DNA of 64,000 bases from Octopus vulgaris (lineage: Eukaryota), in the NCBI GenBank assembly GCA_951406725.2, contig OX597824.1, forward strand, positions 682,001 through 746,000. The letters are read 5' to 3'. Under the pieces are notes generated by a model. The model was given only the letters and a program-made list of their open reading frames with translations. It was not told the DNA's origin and ran no database searches. The position numbers and the translations under genes are program-made. Below are positions 29,238 to 41,516 of the stretch, piece after piece; position 1 is the stretch's first letter, and each line of letters opens with the position of its first letter.

Positions 29238-29304
<67 letters not shown>

Positions 29305-29693
29305 GAAGAGAGAGAGAGAGAGATCACCATTCATTTGAAAATGTACTTATTTAACAGAGGGTCATGTTCAAAGCGAGCAACAAAGACCTGTCACTAGCCT
29401 TTTATAATATAAACAAAATTCCGACAATAAGATCACTGAATACTTTTTAGCAGACGTTGATGCCAGCCAATAACCTTGTCAACCATGTAACTCGGTCCAG
29501 TTAATTCATTTCCTTCTTTATATCGATTTTTCGATGATTTTGTTCCGTAAGGTATTAGGGAAAATACAAATCGAATTTTTGTCAAAGTCAATCAATTGAC
29601 AATTTTACATTTGTTTATCTCTTCAAAAACTGCGGAGTTTATTCAGCACGCAATGTCCGCACCAAACGGCGCATTATTATACAAGTACATGGA

Positions 29694-29910
29694 GGCGGCC
29701 AGCTGGTAAAATCGATATCATAGCGGGTAGGATGCTTAGCGGCATTTCGCTTGTCGCTATGTTCTGAGTTCAAGTTCAACCGAAGTCAACTTTGCCTTTT
29801 ACCATTTCGGGGTCGATAAATTAAATACCAGTCAAATACTTGGGTCGATGTAATCGACTTACCTCCTCCCCCTAAATTCCAGGCCTTGTGCATATAGTGG
29901 AAAGGATTAT
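29694..29910 (+). mobile_element. SINE family A (diverged)
   Basis: Colinear with 5543-5772, alternative tail. Further copies at ~9780-9960(-), 21575-21750, 38460-38660(-), 40490-40700, 45945-46145(-), 47200-47310(-) and 55600-55760. Confidence 0.8.
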
Positions 29911-29961
29911 TATACATGTATGCATGCATATATTCACACACATACATATAGTCACACAGGC

Positions 29962-30007
<46 letters not shown>

Positions 30008-30018
30008 TATATTTTATT

Positions 30019-30616
30019 TTATTTTATAGAAGGAGTTCTACAGGACTAGAACTGTTTCATTCAAAAGAAATCATCAGGAAGCTAGTAGACAAGAGTTGTT
30101 TTGACATTTATACATTTAGGCAGGTTTAAATGGGTGGTGGTGGGGGACTTTTTTGGGGGGTAGGCATGGCGCAAAACTGTCATTATAAGGGGAGTGGTCA
30201 AAGGAATCGTTGGTAAAGTAGATAATAGAATAAATAAAAGAATAAAAAAATAAAATAAAAAGATAAAAAAATAGAAAAATATTTTTCTATTTATATTTTT
30301 TTATCTTTTTATTTTATTTTTTTATTCTTTTATTTATTCTATTATCTACTTTACCAACGATTCCTTTGACCACTCCCCTTATAATGACAGTTTTGCGCCA
30401 TGCCTACCCCCCAAAAAAGTCCCCCACCACCACCCATTTAAACCTGCCTAAATGTATAAATGCCAAAACAACTCTTGTCTACTAGCTTCCTGATGATTTC
30501 TTTGAATGAAACAGTTCTAGTCCTGTAGAAGCTCCTTCTATAAAATAAATTAATTTACTCTGCTATGTATTGAGTACCTTATTGACTGTGGTTAACCCCG
30601 ACTCAACCCGGGACCT
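30019..30616 (+). mobile_element. Palindromic PLE-type module: 530 bp spacerless inverted repeat (30019-30548) plus unpaired ~70 nt tail, inside (TA)n
   Basis: Centre ATAGAAAAAT|ATTTTTCTAT at 30280/30281; arms differ by only a few changes; each arm has a hammerhead; tail AATAAATTAATTTACTCTGCTATGTATTGAGTAC. Confidence 0.88.
30484..30533 (+). ncRNA. Minimal type I hammerhead ribozyme (intact core)
   Basis: Stem I AGCTTC/GAAGCT; CTGATGA; stem II TTC-TTT-GAA; GAAA; stem III CAG/CTG; GTA cleavage triplet (cut after 30527). Mirror copy at 30034-30083 (-). Confidence 0.8.
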
Positions 30617-31250
30617 ATATATATATACATATACATAGCTATTTATCACTCTATTTATATTATTTATTTATATTTCTGAAATTAAAATTTATTAATTATA
30701 ATAAAACATCGTTGGAAAAAGCAGAATGTTTAACATAGACCTGATGGAAAGAAAATTTTGTGTAAGTGCTTTTCGCTTTTTTCAAACACATGTCTGACAT
30801 AATCCGTATACGCCTACATAAGCTTTTTGTTCCATCGGGAGTTGTTTCTGTGCTTTTTAAAGACATTTTTAAAAATACATAATTGATAAGTTTTTATTTG
30901 AGGAAATCTTTTCTTCAAAAATTGTGGCCGTAGCAAGCAATTTTCTGCACGCGCGCACACACACACACACACGCGCGCGCGCGCACGCACGCACTATATG
31001 TCATGATCTTGACGTTTGTTTTATTTTGTAATTATAATGCATAGTATATAGAGTGAAAAGGTTTCATAGTATATATCTGCAACCCGATCGCTGACGCGTT
31101 TGATCCAGGAGGATGGTGTCAGAAATGACCTTCTCTTCTTAGTATAGAGGAATATTAATAAAAAAACGATGATAAAACGAACAAGAATGTCATGGCTATG
31201 CGTGGGATCTAATGTTCAGTTGTTTAACGGACACATATATATATACTTAC

Positions 31251-31444
31251 GGTCTGAGGACAAAATTCCCTGAGGACAAATTTGAAACAAAAATACCAAG
31301 AAATAAATATTAAAAATTTTTTAAATAAAATTTCACTTTCTTAAAATATCTTTATTGTAAAGAAAGAACAAAGTCCCGGGAGATATTGACTGTCGGGAAA
31401 TTTTGTCCGGGGAGAATTTTGTCCCCGGGGGATTTTGTCATAGT

Positions 31445-31445
<1 letters not shown>
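31251..31445. mobile_element. MITE-like element with repeated subterminal GACAAAAT/ATTTTGTC motifs
   Basis: GAGGACAAAATTCCC and GAGGACAAATT on the left, three ATTTTGTC units on the right; TA-rich flanks. Confidence 0.5.
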
Positions 31446-31512
<67 letters not shown>

Positions 31513-31934
31513 TAAAATAGCTAGTTGTAAAATCTCAAGAAGAGATCTGAGGAGTAACTATACTAACAAGTAAAGTTAATCGCTACATCAAAGTAGCTGT
31601 TCCATGTTACATCCATGTTTAACCCCAGGCAGATCTTCCGCCGGCTGGTTATCGGTACGGCGCTGCACCCTGTACATATAAATATATTGCTAGCTGGGGG
31701 AGCGAACCCCTGCTATCCTCTAACAGACAACAGGGTCCGCTCCAGCCCGCAATATATCGCTTTCTTTACGATATATTGCTGGTTGGAGCGGAGCCTGGCT
31801 ATCGCTCTGGCAGCCAGGTACTCGCGACTGCAGGTGAGCCAACCAGTTCGAAACAGTCAGTCTCGCGATCCATACACACACATGCGTAGATGCACACCTG
31901 CATATCTACTTACCCACATATTAATGTATACATA

Positions 31935-32820
31935 CGAGGTGGTATCAAAAAGTTCCCGGACTAGCCCCGTAGCGCGCCAACAGATGGCAGCACACAGTTA
32001 TGTGTGCAGTGAGAGCTAGCAGTGACCTTCATAAGGCAGTGTGCCAAATGACATCGCTTTGTCTACTTCGCAAGTTGTAAAATTTGTGCTTTTGTGATCA
32101 CGTGTATGCTGTAATCTGCGATTTTGTCATGGACAAGAACAAAAAAACCATCGTGAAACTTTGTGTTAAACTTGGGAAGTCTGCTACGGAGACATTGGCT
32201 TTGCTTCGGAAAGTTTACGGCGACGTGGTAATGGGTCGTACGCAATGTTTCAAGTGACACGGCTGCTTCAAAAGTGGAAGAACGTCTCTGGAATACGATG
32301 ACCGATCTGGAAGCCCTGCTACGAGCGTCCCACTCGGAAATGTGGTTTTGTGCATCGGGAAATCGTGTTCCAAAGCCAGTGCGCCAATCGAGGGTTCTCT
32401 GGCTAAGTTTGGAAGCCTTTGACGGAGGACATTGAGCGAAAGCGACTGGATCAGCAGAACAGGAAGTATTGGATTCTTCACGACGACATTGCACCCTGTC
32501 ACCGAGCTAGTTTCTCGCTAAAAGCAGCATGGTATTGCTACCGCACCTGACCAATTCGTCAGATTTAGCACCCGCAGGCTTCTATTTCTTCTCCAAGATA
32601 AAAATGTTGCTCAAAGGTCGCCGTTTTAACACCGTTGTCGAGATCCAGAGCGCATCGCAGAAGGTCCTCGACTCGTTTACAGAAAACGACTTCCAGACCG
32701 GATTCTAAAAATGGCAGGAACGCTAGGTGACTATTTCGAAGGAGATGATGCTGAAGTTTAGGTAAATAAGATATTTTTTACTAAACATAACAAGGCCTAG
32801 AACCTTTTAATACCACCTCG
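31935..32820 (+). mobile_element. Internally deleted mariner transposon with TA TSD
   Basis: TIRs CGAGGTGGTATCAAAAAGTTC / GAACCTTTTAATACCACCTCG flanked by TA; decayed transposase LCVKLGKSATET..DDRSGSP..WILHDDIAPCH..SDLAP..LKGRRF. Confidence 0.9.
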
Positions 32821-33564
32821 TATATGCATCTATATACATTTATATACGTGTATACGACTGGTTTTATGTTTCAGCTTCCATCTCTCAAATTCAGTTACAA
32901 GCCATTGGTTGGTGCAGGTCTATAGAAGAGGATACTAATTCAAGGAACCGCATGGTAGGACTGAACTCGAAAGGAAAGGGTTACAAAGCCAACTCCTTAG
33001 CAACACAGCTAATATTTTTGTGGGGAATTTGAAGTGTAAGGTAAACCTTTTGTAATAAATATGCTTTCTAACCCCGCTGCAAAAAGTAAACGAAACGCTT
33101 ACATTGACGCGTATTGTATCTGCTTGTTGCAGAACAAGGATAATGTCGGCTAAATTCTGATCTTTGTAAACCTTTATGAAAGAAATATTATCCAGTTTTT
33201 CTGTCTGTCGAGGGATTAACATTTTTTGACGACTTAATTATAGCGCGTAACATTTGACCGAACTAAACTGGTTTGTCTAATTTGTGTAAGAGGCCAGGAT
33301 TTTGTAAGATTGAGAAAAATATACCGTTTATCTTTTGTCTTTATTTATTTCCATCCTTGGACTGCGGCCATGCTGAAGCACAGACCCCTACACTTATCTT
33401 TTAAAGTCTAGTGCTTATTCTATCGGCCACATTTGCCGAACTGTTAAATTCTAGAGACGTAAAAATACTCAACCCCGGTTGTCGAGAGGTGGGGCGGAGG
33501 TAACCCCCCTCCACACATATACATGCACACACACACACCCGCGCGCATACATACACACGAGTGC

Positions 33565-33720
33565 CGTTGGCGGCTTCTTCTCTATATTTCAACTTTCTCC
33601 TTTCCGACGAAGAGCTATGCTCGAAACGTCAAACTCTCTCCAGTCACCGAGCAGCAAACTAATACATTTCTTGTGGATGTCCTCATGCTCGATTTTTTTC
33701 TTGGTTTGTTTATTTGAACT

Positions 33721-33722
<2 letters not shown>
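33565..33722 (+). mobile_element. PLE terminal module with minimal hammerhead at 33601-33633
   Basis: TTT-CCGACGA-A-GAGC-TAT-GCTC-GAAAC-GTC-AAA (palindromic ACGT stem III typical of PLE hammerheads); tail ends in (TA)n. Confidence 0.7.
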
Positions 33723-33782
<60 letters not shown>

Positions 33783-33784
<2 letters not shown>

Positions 33785-33915
33785 GAAAAAAAACCAAAAG
33801 ACGAAGACAGGTGGTGTACAAAGCAAACAGATGTATTAGTATAACGCACAGGAATAGAAAAAGGCTTTTACGTTTCGAGCCTACCCTCTTCTACAGAAAG
33901 GGACACTGAAAAAAA
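33783..33915 (-). mobile_element. Solo PLE terminal module (16429 family)
   Basis: AAAAGACGAAGACAGGTGGTGTACAAAGCAAACAGATGTATTAGT...TACGTTTCGAGCCTAC.CTCTTCTACAGAAAG directly after (TA)n. Confidence 0.8.
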
Positions 33916-34588
33916 CTAATATATATATATAAAACTAATATATATATCTAACGAGCTTCTTCAGTTTCCGTCTACCAAATCAAGTCCTGGTCGGCACGGG
34001 GTTATAGTAGGATCCACTTGCCCATGGTGGCATATAGAATTAAGTGGAATAACGGAGAAAATCCGTTGCCGTTCAGTTTTACTCTCCCACGGTCGGTAAG
34101 TGCTAAAAATATCCTTCGTTCAATATAAACAGGATTTGAATTTATTTCTGAATTAAGATGTTGATGAGCGCAAAATGGGCAAAATAGGCCATCAGTTCTC
34201 TTATCAATGAATGAAGATAGAGAAGTGCAGTTGGCACCTGTTGTATATTTTTAGGTCTGTAGCAGCAGTGGGAAGATGGGTTTGATACTCCACAAGTAAT
34301 CAAGAAGAGGATAAGCGCGCGCGCGCGTGTGTATATAAATATGCATGTATGTATGTATGTATGTATGTATGTATATATGTATGTATGTATGTATATATGT
34401 ATATATTTATATATATAGCGCACATACTTACACACATGCATGCATATATACATACATGTATACATACATGCATACATGTATATATACATGCATACACGCA
34501 CATATATATGCACACATACATACAGGTATATACACACGCTTATATACATATATACATGCATGCATACATGCATATGTGTGTATATCTA

Positions 34589-37153
34589 TTAGGTTGGCAA
34601 CTAAGTTCTCGCTGTGTTTTTTTTAGTTTTTAAAAAGGTTTAATAAAAAAAAGACAACTATGAGGGGCGTTCAATAAGTAATGCCCCTGACCCACTTCCC
34701 ATAGCAGTAGAGCAACGAAACTTGGCACAGTTATTAGTCTTTTTTTACATAGGAATCACCCAGAGTTACGCATTTCTCCCATTGTTTGATGCAGCTCTGG
34801 AGACCGATTTTGTAGAAGACCCCAGCTTGGTCCTCCAGCCACGACGTGACTTCAGAAATCAAGGCTGCATCATCTGGGAAACGCTTTCCTTTCAAAAACA
34901 ACTTCATGACTGGGAAGAGGTGAAAATCAGAGGGTGCAAGGTCAGGAGAGTAGGGGGATGGGGAGGGGTTCATAGCCGCACACCTGTGCTTCTGATCTGG
35001 CGACACGCGAGTTGTGGACCGGAGCGTTGTCCTGCAAGAGGAGGATGCCTTTGCTGATCTTGCCTCGCCTCTTGATTTTGATAGCTTCTCTTAATTTCCT
35101 CAAAAGTGAAGCATAATAGGCTCCTGTAATTGTGGTACCCTTTGCCAGGAAATCTGTCATCACTACTCCGTCATGGTCCCAGAAGACTGAGCATGATCTT
35201 GCCAGCGGAGGGTTGCACCCTTGCCTTCTTTGGAGGAGGTGAGTCACTGTGCTTCCACTGCATTGACTGGGCTTTGGTCTCTGGATCATCGTGATGGACC
35301 CAGGTTTCATCCTGTGTAATCAGTCTTTTGAAAAATTTTGACTTATCTTCTTGGCACATCTCCAAATTCATCCTCGAGCACTCGACGCGTTCTTGCTTCT
35401 GGAAAGGTGTGAGCAACCTGGGAATCCATCTGGCAGACACCTTTTGCATATGCAAATGGTCATGAATGATAGTTTCCACAGACCCGGTACTAATCTTGAC
35501 CTCATGGGCTATTTGGCGAATAGTTATGCGTCGATCTTCCAAAATGGCAGCCTCAACTTGACGGACAGATGCCTCATCAATGGCAGAAGGGGGACGACCA
35601 GATCTGGGAGCTGTTTCCACAGTGTTCCGACCATGTTTTAATTCACGATGCCAGTGTTTTACAAGGTCATATGATGGGGCATCATCACCATAAGTTACTT
35701 TCATTTCATCAAAAGTCTTCCGTGGTGTGCGTCCTTTCAAATACAAAAACCGGATCACTGCTCGACACTCAACAGGCTCCATTTCACATTTGACTCAGTT
35801 CAAACACCTGTAAATCAGAAACCACAATTAGTTCAGAGCTGTAATTTTCCACTCAATCTATAGAGATATAAATAATTGCACATGCAAACTTTCAGCTAGA
35901 TCAAACAACTTCAAGTGGGTCAGAGGCATTACTTATTGAACGCCCCTCGTACTTAATCAATCATGTATTCACCCGTGTTGTTTACAACTTCTTCAAAACG
36001 TTCAACAAGATTTTGGTAAAAATCACCCGACTTCGACTCGAAAAATAGATATCAACCAAGCTCTCAATTCTGCATCAGTATTGAACGAAACTCCGTGCAT
36101 GGCATTTGAAAGAGAACGAAAGAGGTGGAAATCTGTTGGTGCCAAATCAGGAGAGTACGGCGGGTGTGGCAGCACTTCCCAGCCATGTGTTTGAATGGCT
36201 TCCTTGGTCATATTGGCGATATGAGGGCGAGTGTTGTCGTGCAGCAGAAGAACTCCATGCTGCCGATCAGGTCTTTTCTCTTGAATAGCCATGTTGAGTG
36301 GTTCCATCTGTTGAACATAGAGTTCTGCGTTGACCGTTTGGTTCCGTTCAAGCAATTCGTAATGGATAATCCCTTCCCAGTCCCACCATACGCACAACAT
36401 CGTTTTACGTGGATGAAGATCTTGTTTCATGCGCGGTTTCGCTTGTTTACCGGGGCTAAGCCTTTCCTGATGTTGCTTCATTTTGGTGTACAGGCACCAG
36501 TTTTCGTCGTCAGTAACGATTCGGTAAAGAAATCGTTGCCTGTGCCCATGAGCGGTGACTAGAAAGATTGTGACTCGTTGATTTCTGTTGTTATCACTTA
36601 AAGCATGCGGAACTCATGCTCCATACTTCTGAACCTTTCCCATCGAGTGGAGATGCTTCTCTATAGCAGTGTAGGAGCATTCCATTTTCTCTGCCAGTTC
36701 CCTTATCGTTTGACGAGAATTTTCGTACAAAATTTGGTTTAATCGCTTTTCATCGAACTCATCTGGACGGCCAGAACAAAATACGTCTTTGAAGTCAAAA
36801 TTTCTATTTTTGAACTTGGCATACCAATCACGAGCGGTTCTTTCAGCTGTGGAACCCTCTCCATACACAGCACAAATGTCGCGAACAGCTTTTGCGGCCT
36901 TAGAACCTTGATTAAAAGCAAAAAGGTGTCGAAAATGCTCATTTTTCTTAACTTGACATTCCATTTTTAAAGATCTGAAAATAAACAAAAATTAACTAAA
37001 ATTAAGTAGAAAAACAAAACAAAAGCAAAAACAAAATAGATTCCAAAATGATTCGAAAATAGAATTCTCGAAAAAAAAAATAGATTCCAAAATTTAAAAA
37101 CGCAATAAATTCCAAACTTTAAAAAAACTGCAGGTACTTAGTTGCCAACCCAA
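34589..37153 (-). mobile_element. Mariner transposon (outer), pseudogenised transposase ~36963-35953
   Basis: TIRs TTAGGTTGGCAACTAAGT / ACTTAGTTGCCAACCCAA with TA TSD; HTH, TDDENW, CVWWD, LLHDNTRPH, HPPYSPDLAPTDFHLF, ..GEYMID*; stops and frameshifts. Confidence 0.95.
34661..35949 (-). mobile_element. Full-length mariner (inner, nested), transposase 35782-34734 with two frameshifts
   Basis: ~37 bp TIRs (T/C)GAGGGGCGTTCAATAAGTAATGCC.CTGACCCACTT with TA TSD; WIPRLL, ITQDETW, LQDNAPVH and YSPDLAPSDFHLF motifs. Confidence 0.96.
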
Positions 37154-37651
37154 TATATACATGTATGTATATTACAAATTATTGATAATATTTTAATATT
37201 ACATATATGTATGTGTATATAAAAGAATAGGGATTTAGAATCAAGTACCTTATGGTCACTCTGATACAATCCAGATATGGGTAACCACTTCGAATGATAG
37301 AAAAACATACCGAATGTTTTAAGCTAAACAATGACAAACTACTTCACTCGACAGGTAAATCCTGAGTTCGCTTCATTGGATTTCATGCAACATACAGGGA
37401 GACTGGAGAATGACACATCTTCATGAATTTCTCCTTAAATTCCAATCCTCCGTCACGTGTTTCTGCTGGATAAGGGTCCTAGTGTCCTTTCAGGTATCAT
37501 TTAGTTGATTCATTTGCAGGAGATATTCAGCCAAAACAGACATTGCCATGCGGCTTTGTACAAGGTTTTGCCCCTTCGAGTGAGTGAGGCGAACTCTCCT
37601 CTACTCTTTATATGTATATGTGTGTATCTGTCTGCTTGCCTGCTTGCCTGC

Positions 37652-37745
<94 letters not shown>

Positions 37746-37824
37746 GCCTACCTATCTGTCTGTATGTCTGTCTATCTATATACATACAAAATATACAGAG
37801 GCAGACAGACAGACAGACACACAC

Positions 37825-37878
<54 letters not shown>

Positions 37879-38119
37879 ACACATACACATATATACACGC
37901 ATTAATAAAATGGCAGGCGGATTGGTTTCTTATTCCTTGAATATTCTACATTATTGAAATGAGTTTATTTCGGTCATTTTTCATAGTATTTTTCCGATGG
38001 CCGGATAACTGAAGAGATGGCGGCATGGATTTCCACCTTGGCATGCGAGACTCGAGTTTTATCATGGCTACCGAATAATTGTCACATAATACATTTACAG
38101 ATATATTTATATATATATG

Positions 38120-38396
38120 TAATCAAAATAAGCAACAAGGATATCCAAGGTAGTGCAGTACAATCGTTTCATGCTACTTCATTTAATTAAACAATGTAAT
38201 TATTACATCAGTTTTAAAATGTAGAGCACTCTTCAGCCACATATAGAATTTTTTAATTAAATAGATAATGTTCATTTTTATACTTGTTGCTTATTTTGAT
38301 TATAATCACCCCATGGATTTATATGGATAATACCATACCAAATTCTGGTGCCTTTAACTTAAGTACCATATTCATCTGAATCTAAATTTTGATGAA

Positions 38397-38400
<4 letters not shown>
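38120..38400. mobile_element. Small PLE-type module with 20-bp inverted repeat, tail, and minus-strand hammerhead (38154-38241)
   Basis: TAATCAAAATAAGCAACAAG (38120) / CTTGTTGCTTATTTTGATTA (38283); RC TGTGG-CTGAAGA-GTGCT...AGCAT-GAAAC-GATT-GTA-CTGCA; flanked by TA repeats. Confidence 0.72.
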
Positions 38401-38462
<62 letters not shown>

Positions 38463-38925
38463 TTTCAAATTTTGGCACAAGGCTAACACATTTGGGGGAT
38501 GGGGCTAAGTCGATTAAATCGACCCCAATAATCAACATTTTATCGAGCCCGAGAGGATGAAAGGCTAAGTCGACCTCGGCCGAATTTGAACTGCGAACGC
38601 ATAGACAGACGAAATGTCGCTCAGCATTTCTCCCGGCGTGGGAACGATTCTGCCAACTTCACAATACCTTACCAAAGAAATCTACATGCAGAGGATGTAA
38701 ATGCATTCTAGAAAGACGAGGATGCTGCGCTATCTGACATCTCAGATAAACCAATATGGCGGCAAGAAACGCAATTGAGAACAGCGAAATCACACTCACT
38801 CATTTACAAAAACACCACAGGAAGAGGGCCGCAACCCTCGAGATGGAACTTGTAAGAATGCATACACACATACGTAGGTATATATATGTGTGTGTGTGTG
38901 TCTGTGTATATATATATATATGTAT

Positions 38926-39011
<86 letters not shown>

Positions 39012-39116
39012 ATATGTATGAATATATATATATATATATTTCTATACTCATACACACGCATATATATTTGTATATATAAATTCAATAAATGTATAAATAT
39101 GTATGCATGTGAGTGG

Positions 39117-39148
<32 letters not shown>

Positions 39149-39583
39149 TAATAGGAAGAACACTTAAAGACATGAGTCAGTGGCCGAGAGTTTCGTGTGC
39201 AAACCATTTATGATGCGGTATGGATTTTAGAGATTGCCCCACGTTTGAAAAGGTCACACCGTGGAAACCGATGTAAAGTGGGCTTTCACAATAGTATGTA
39301 TTGAGTGCAGAATCTAAAAGAAACCTATTTCAATTGAACAATATAAGAAAATTAGGAAACACAATCGATCGATCCATTGATCCGTCCGTCCATCTGTCTG
39401 TCTGTATGTCTATCGATATACAGATGCATATATGTGTATATATGTAATATATACATCCATGTATGTCATATTATAATTACTTAATATATATATATATATA
39501 TTTATGTGTGTGTATGTAAGTAAGTAAATATATATATGTGTGTATGTACGAATGTAAATATATAAATGTGTGTGTGTGTGTGA

Positions 39584-39617
<34 letters not shown>

Positions 39618-40002
39618 ACTAGTTATATTATATTTTACACACACACGCACAAACACGCGCGCGCACATGGTTAATATTCAGCGATAACCTTTCCGAATGT
39701 TTCAAAATGTTTTTTCCGCAAATATTTTCCAAACTCCTCACATTTGGAAATAAACATAAATCTTGTTTGAAATATATCGTTTGAGACGAAAAACTATGCA
39801 ATTTGAAAGTTTAAGAGAGGTTATCTAGGAGAATATACTTAAAAAAAAACTTGCCCTGACGGTATATTCCTTGCTCCACAATGATTTTTGTTAAACCTTT
39901 AATATCTGAGTGGTGTCCGAGTGGTGTCCGAGTGGTTGTTTGAATGTTTCACTCAAAGGTCGGTGTTTGATTCCTGCTCTGAACGACTCATTATGTCATT
40001 CC

Positions 40003-40017
40003 GTGACGTCACTTCCG
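40003..40017 (-). promoter_or_regulatory. Overlapping ETS-CRE composite motif CGGAAGTGACGTCAC
   Basis: Exact match in non-microsatellite sequence; function not shown. Confidence 0.35.
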
Positions 40018-41173
40018 TCTAGTCTGCTTGAACGCACATCAGCCGAGTCTTTGTACAGCTCCCTTCTCCTCCCCCCTCTCTCTTTCTCTCCAGCCGTCAC
40101 ATTCTGGATATTCCGCTGGTCCATGGAAAGTTTTCTCCTGACTATCTAGGCACTTAAACCAATTAACGAAAGCAATGGGATATGCTACCATGTTATATTT
40201 GCACGTGGATGGTACCATGTTATATTCGTTTGTAAATGACGGCTGTGAGACGTGTTTCAATCGAAGAATGTGGCGTCTAAAAGTGTCTCGTGACTTGAGC
40301 ATAAGTCATGATTATGTAACTGACATTCTATAACCATTGGTCACTCTAGGTTAATGAAACGCATGTAAGATGGTGTAACGAAATACCTTACAATCTCTCA
40401 TGTCTTGTATTACACACACACACGCACGCACACATACACACAATATAAAATTACCCGTAAGACAATTTAACATTAACTTGAAGGATAAAGCGGCGAGCTG
40501 GCAGAATCGTTAGCACGACGGGCAAAATGTTTAGCGGCGTTTCGTTAATCATTACGCTGTGAGTTCAAATGACGCCGAGGTCGACTTTACCTTTCATCCT
40601 TTCAGAGTCGATAAAATAAATACCAATTGAGGAGTGGGATAGTGATAATTGACTTACCCTATCCCCTGAAATTACTGGCCTTGTGCCAAAATCTGAAATC
40701 CATCTCAAACTGAAAGACTATTCAGCACTTTCTCATATTTATAATCACAATTTTTCCATTTCAAATATATGAAACGTTTCATATTAATTGGCGCGTCTCC
40801 GAAACGACCCGTAGATGAACATTTTTGTAATTTTGTATATTTATCTTTTATGTATTTTTCTGGAATTTTAATACGTCGTTTTAATATGTCAGTATATATT
40901 TTATTGCCCCAAATTTTTAATTTAACAAATTTTTACCAAATGTTTTATGATTTTAAGCGTAAATTCAATGTGTTATATAGGCAACACTGATTCTTATATA
41001 TTTTATACGATGTTTATTTATTTATATATTATTATACTTTTAAACGTCGGGCTTTATGTCTGTTCTGTAGATATAAATGAATATATGAATATGTGTATGT
41101 GTTTGATCTTTCTGTGGATTTTGTAATGTTCCTTTAGTTGTTGTTCACATTGCCTCCCCTCGGATTAATAAGT

Positions 41174-41210
<37 letters not shown>

Positions 41211-41215
41211 AATAA

Positions 41216-41279
<64 letters not shown>

Positions 41280-41280
<1 letters not shown>

Positions 41281-41445
41281 GAAATTTACAGAAAAAGAAG
41301 AGATGAAGACAGGTGTATACACAACAAGCAGGTGTATTAGTTTGACGCTCGGGAAATTGAGAAAGTCTTTTACGTTTCGAGCCTACGCTCATCAACAGAA
41401 AGGAACACGATGAAATAAACAGAGAGAGAATGAAAAAACTTATAT
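41280..41445 (-). mobile_element. Solo PLE terminal module (16429 family)
   Basis: GAAGACAGGTGTATACACAACAAGCAGGTGTATTAGTTTGACGCTCGGGAA..TACGTTTCGAGCCTACGCTCATCAACAGAAAG after (TA)n. Confidence 0.8.
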
Positions 41446-41484
41446 CTAATAATAATAATGATGATGATGATAATAATAATAACA

Positions 41485-41511
<27 letters not shown>

Positions 41512-41516
<5 letters not shown>

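Noticed and set aside
40778-40820. TTCAT..GG..CC-GAAAC-GACCC-GTA-GATGAA partial hammerhead
   Set aside because: The CUGANGA half is unrecognisable; at best a decayed copy.
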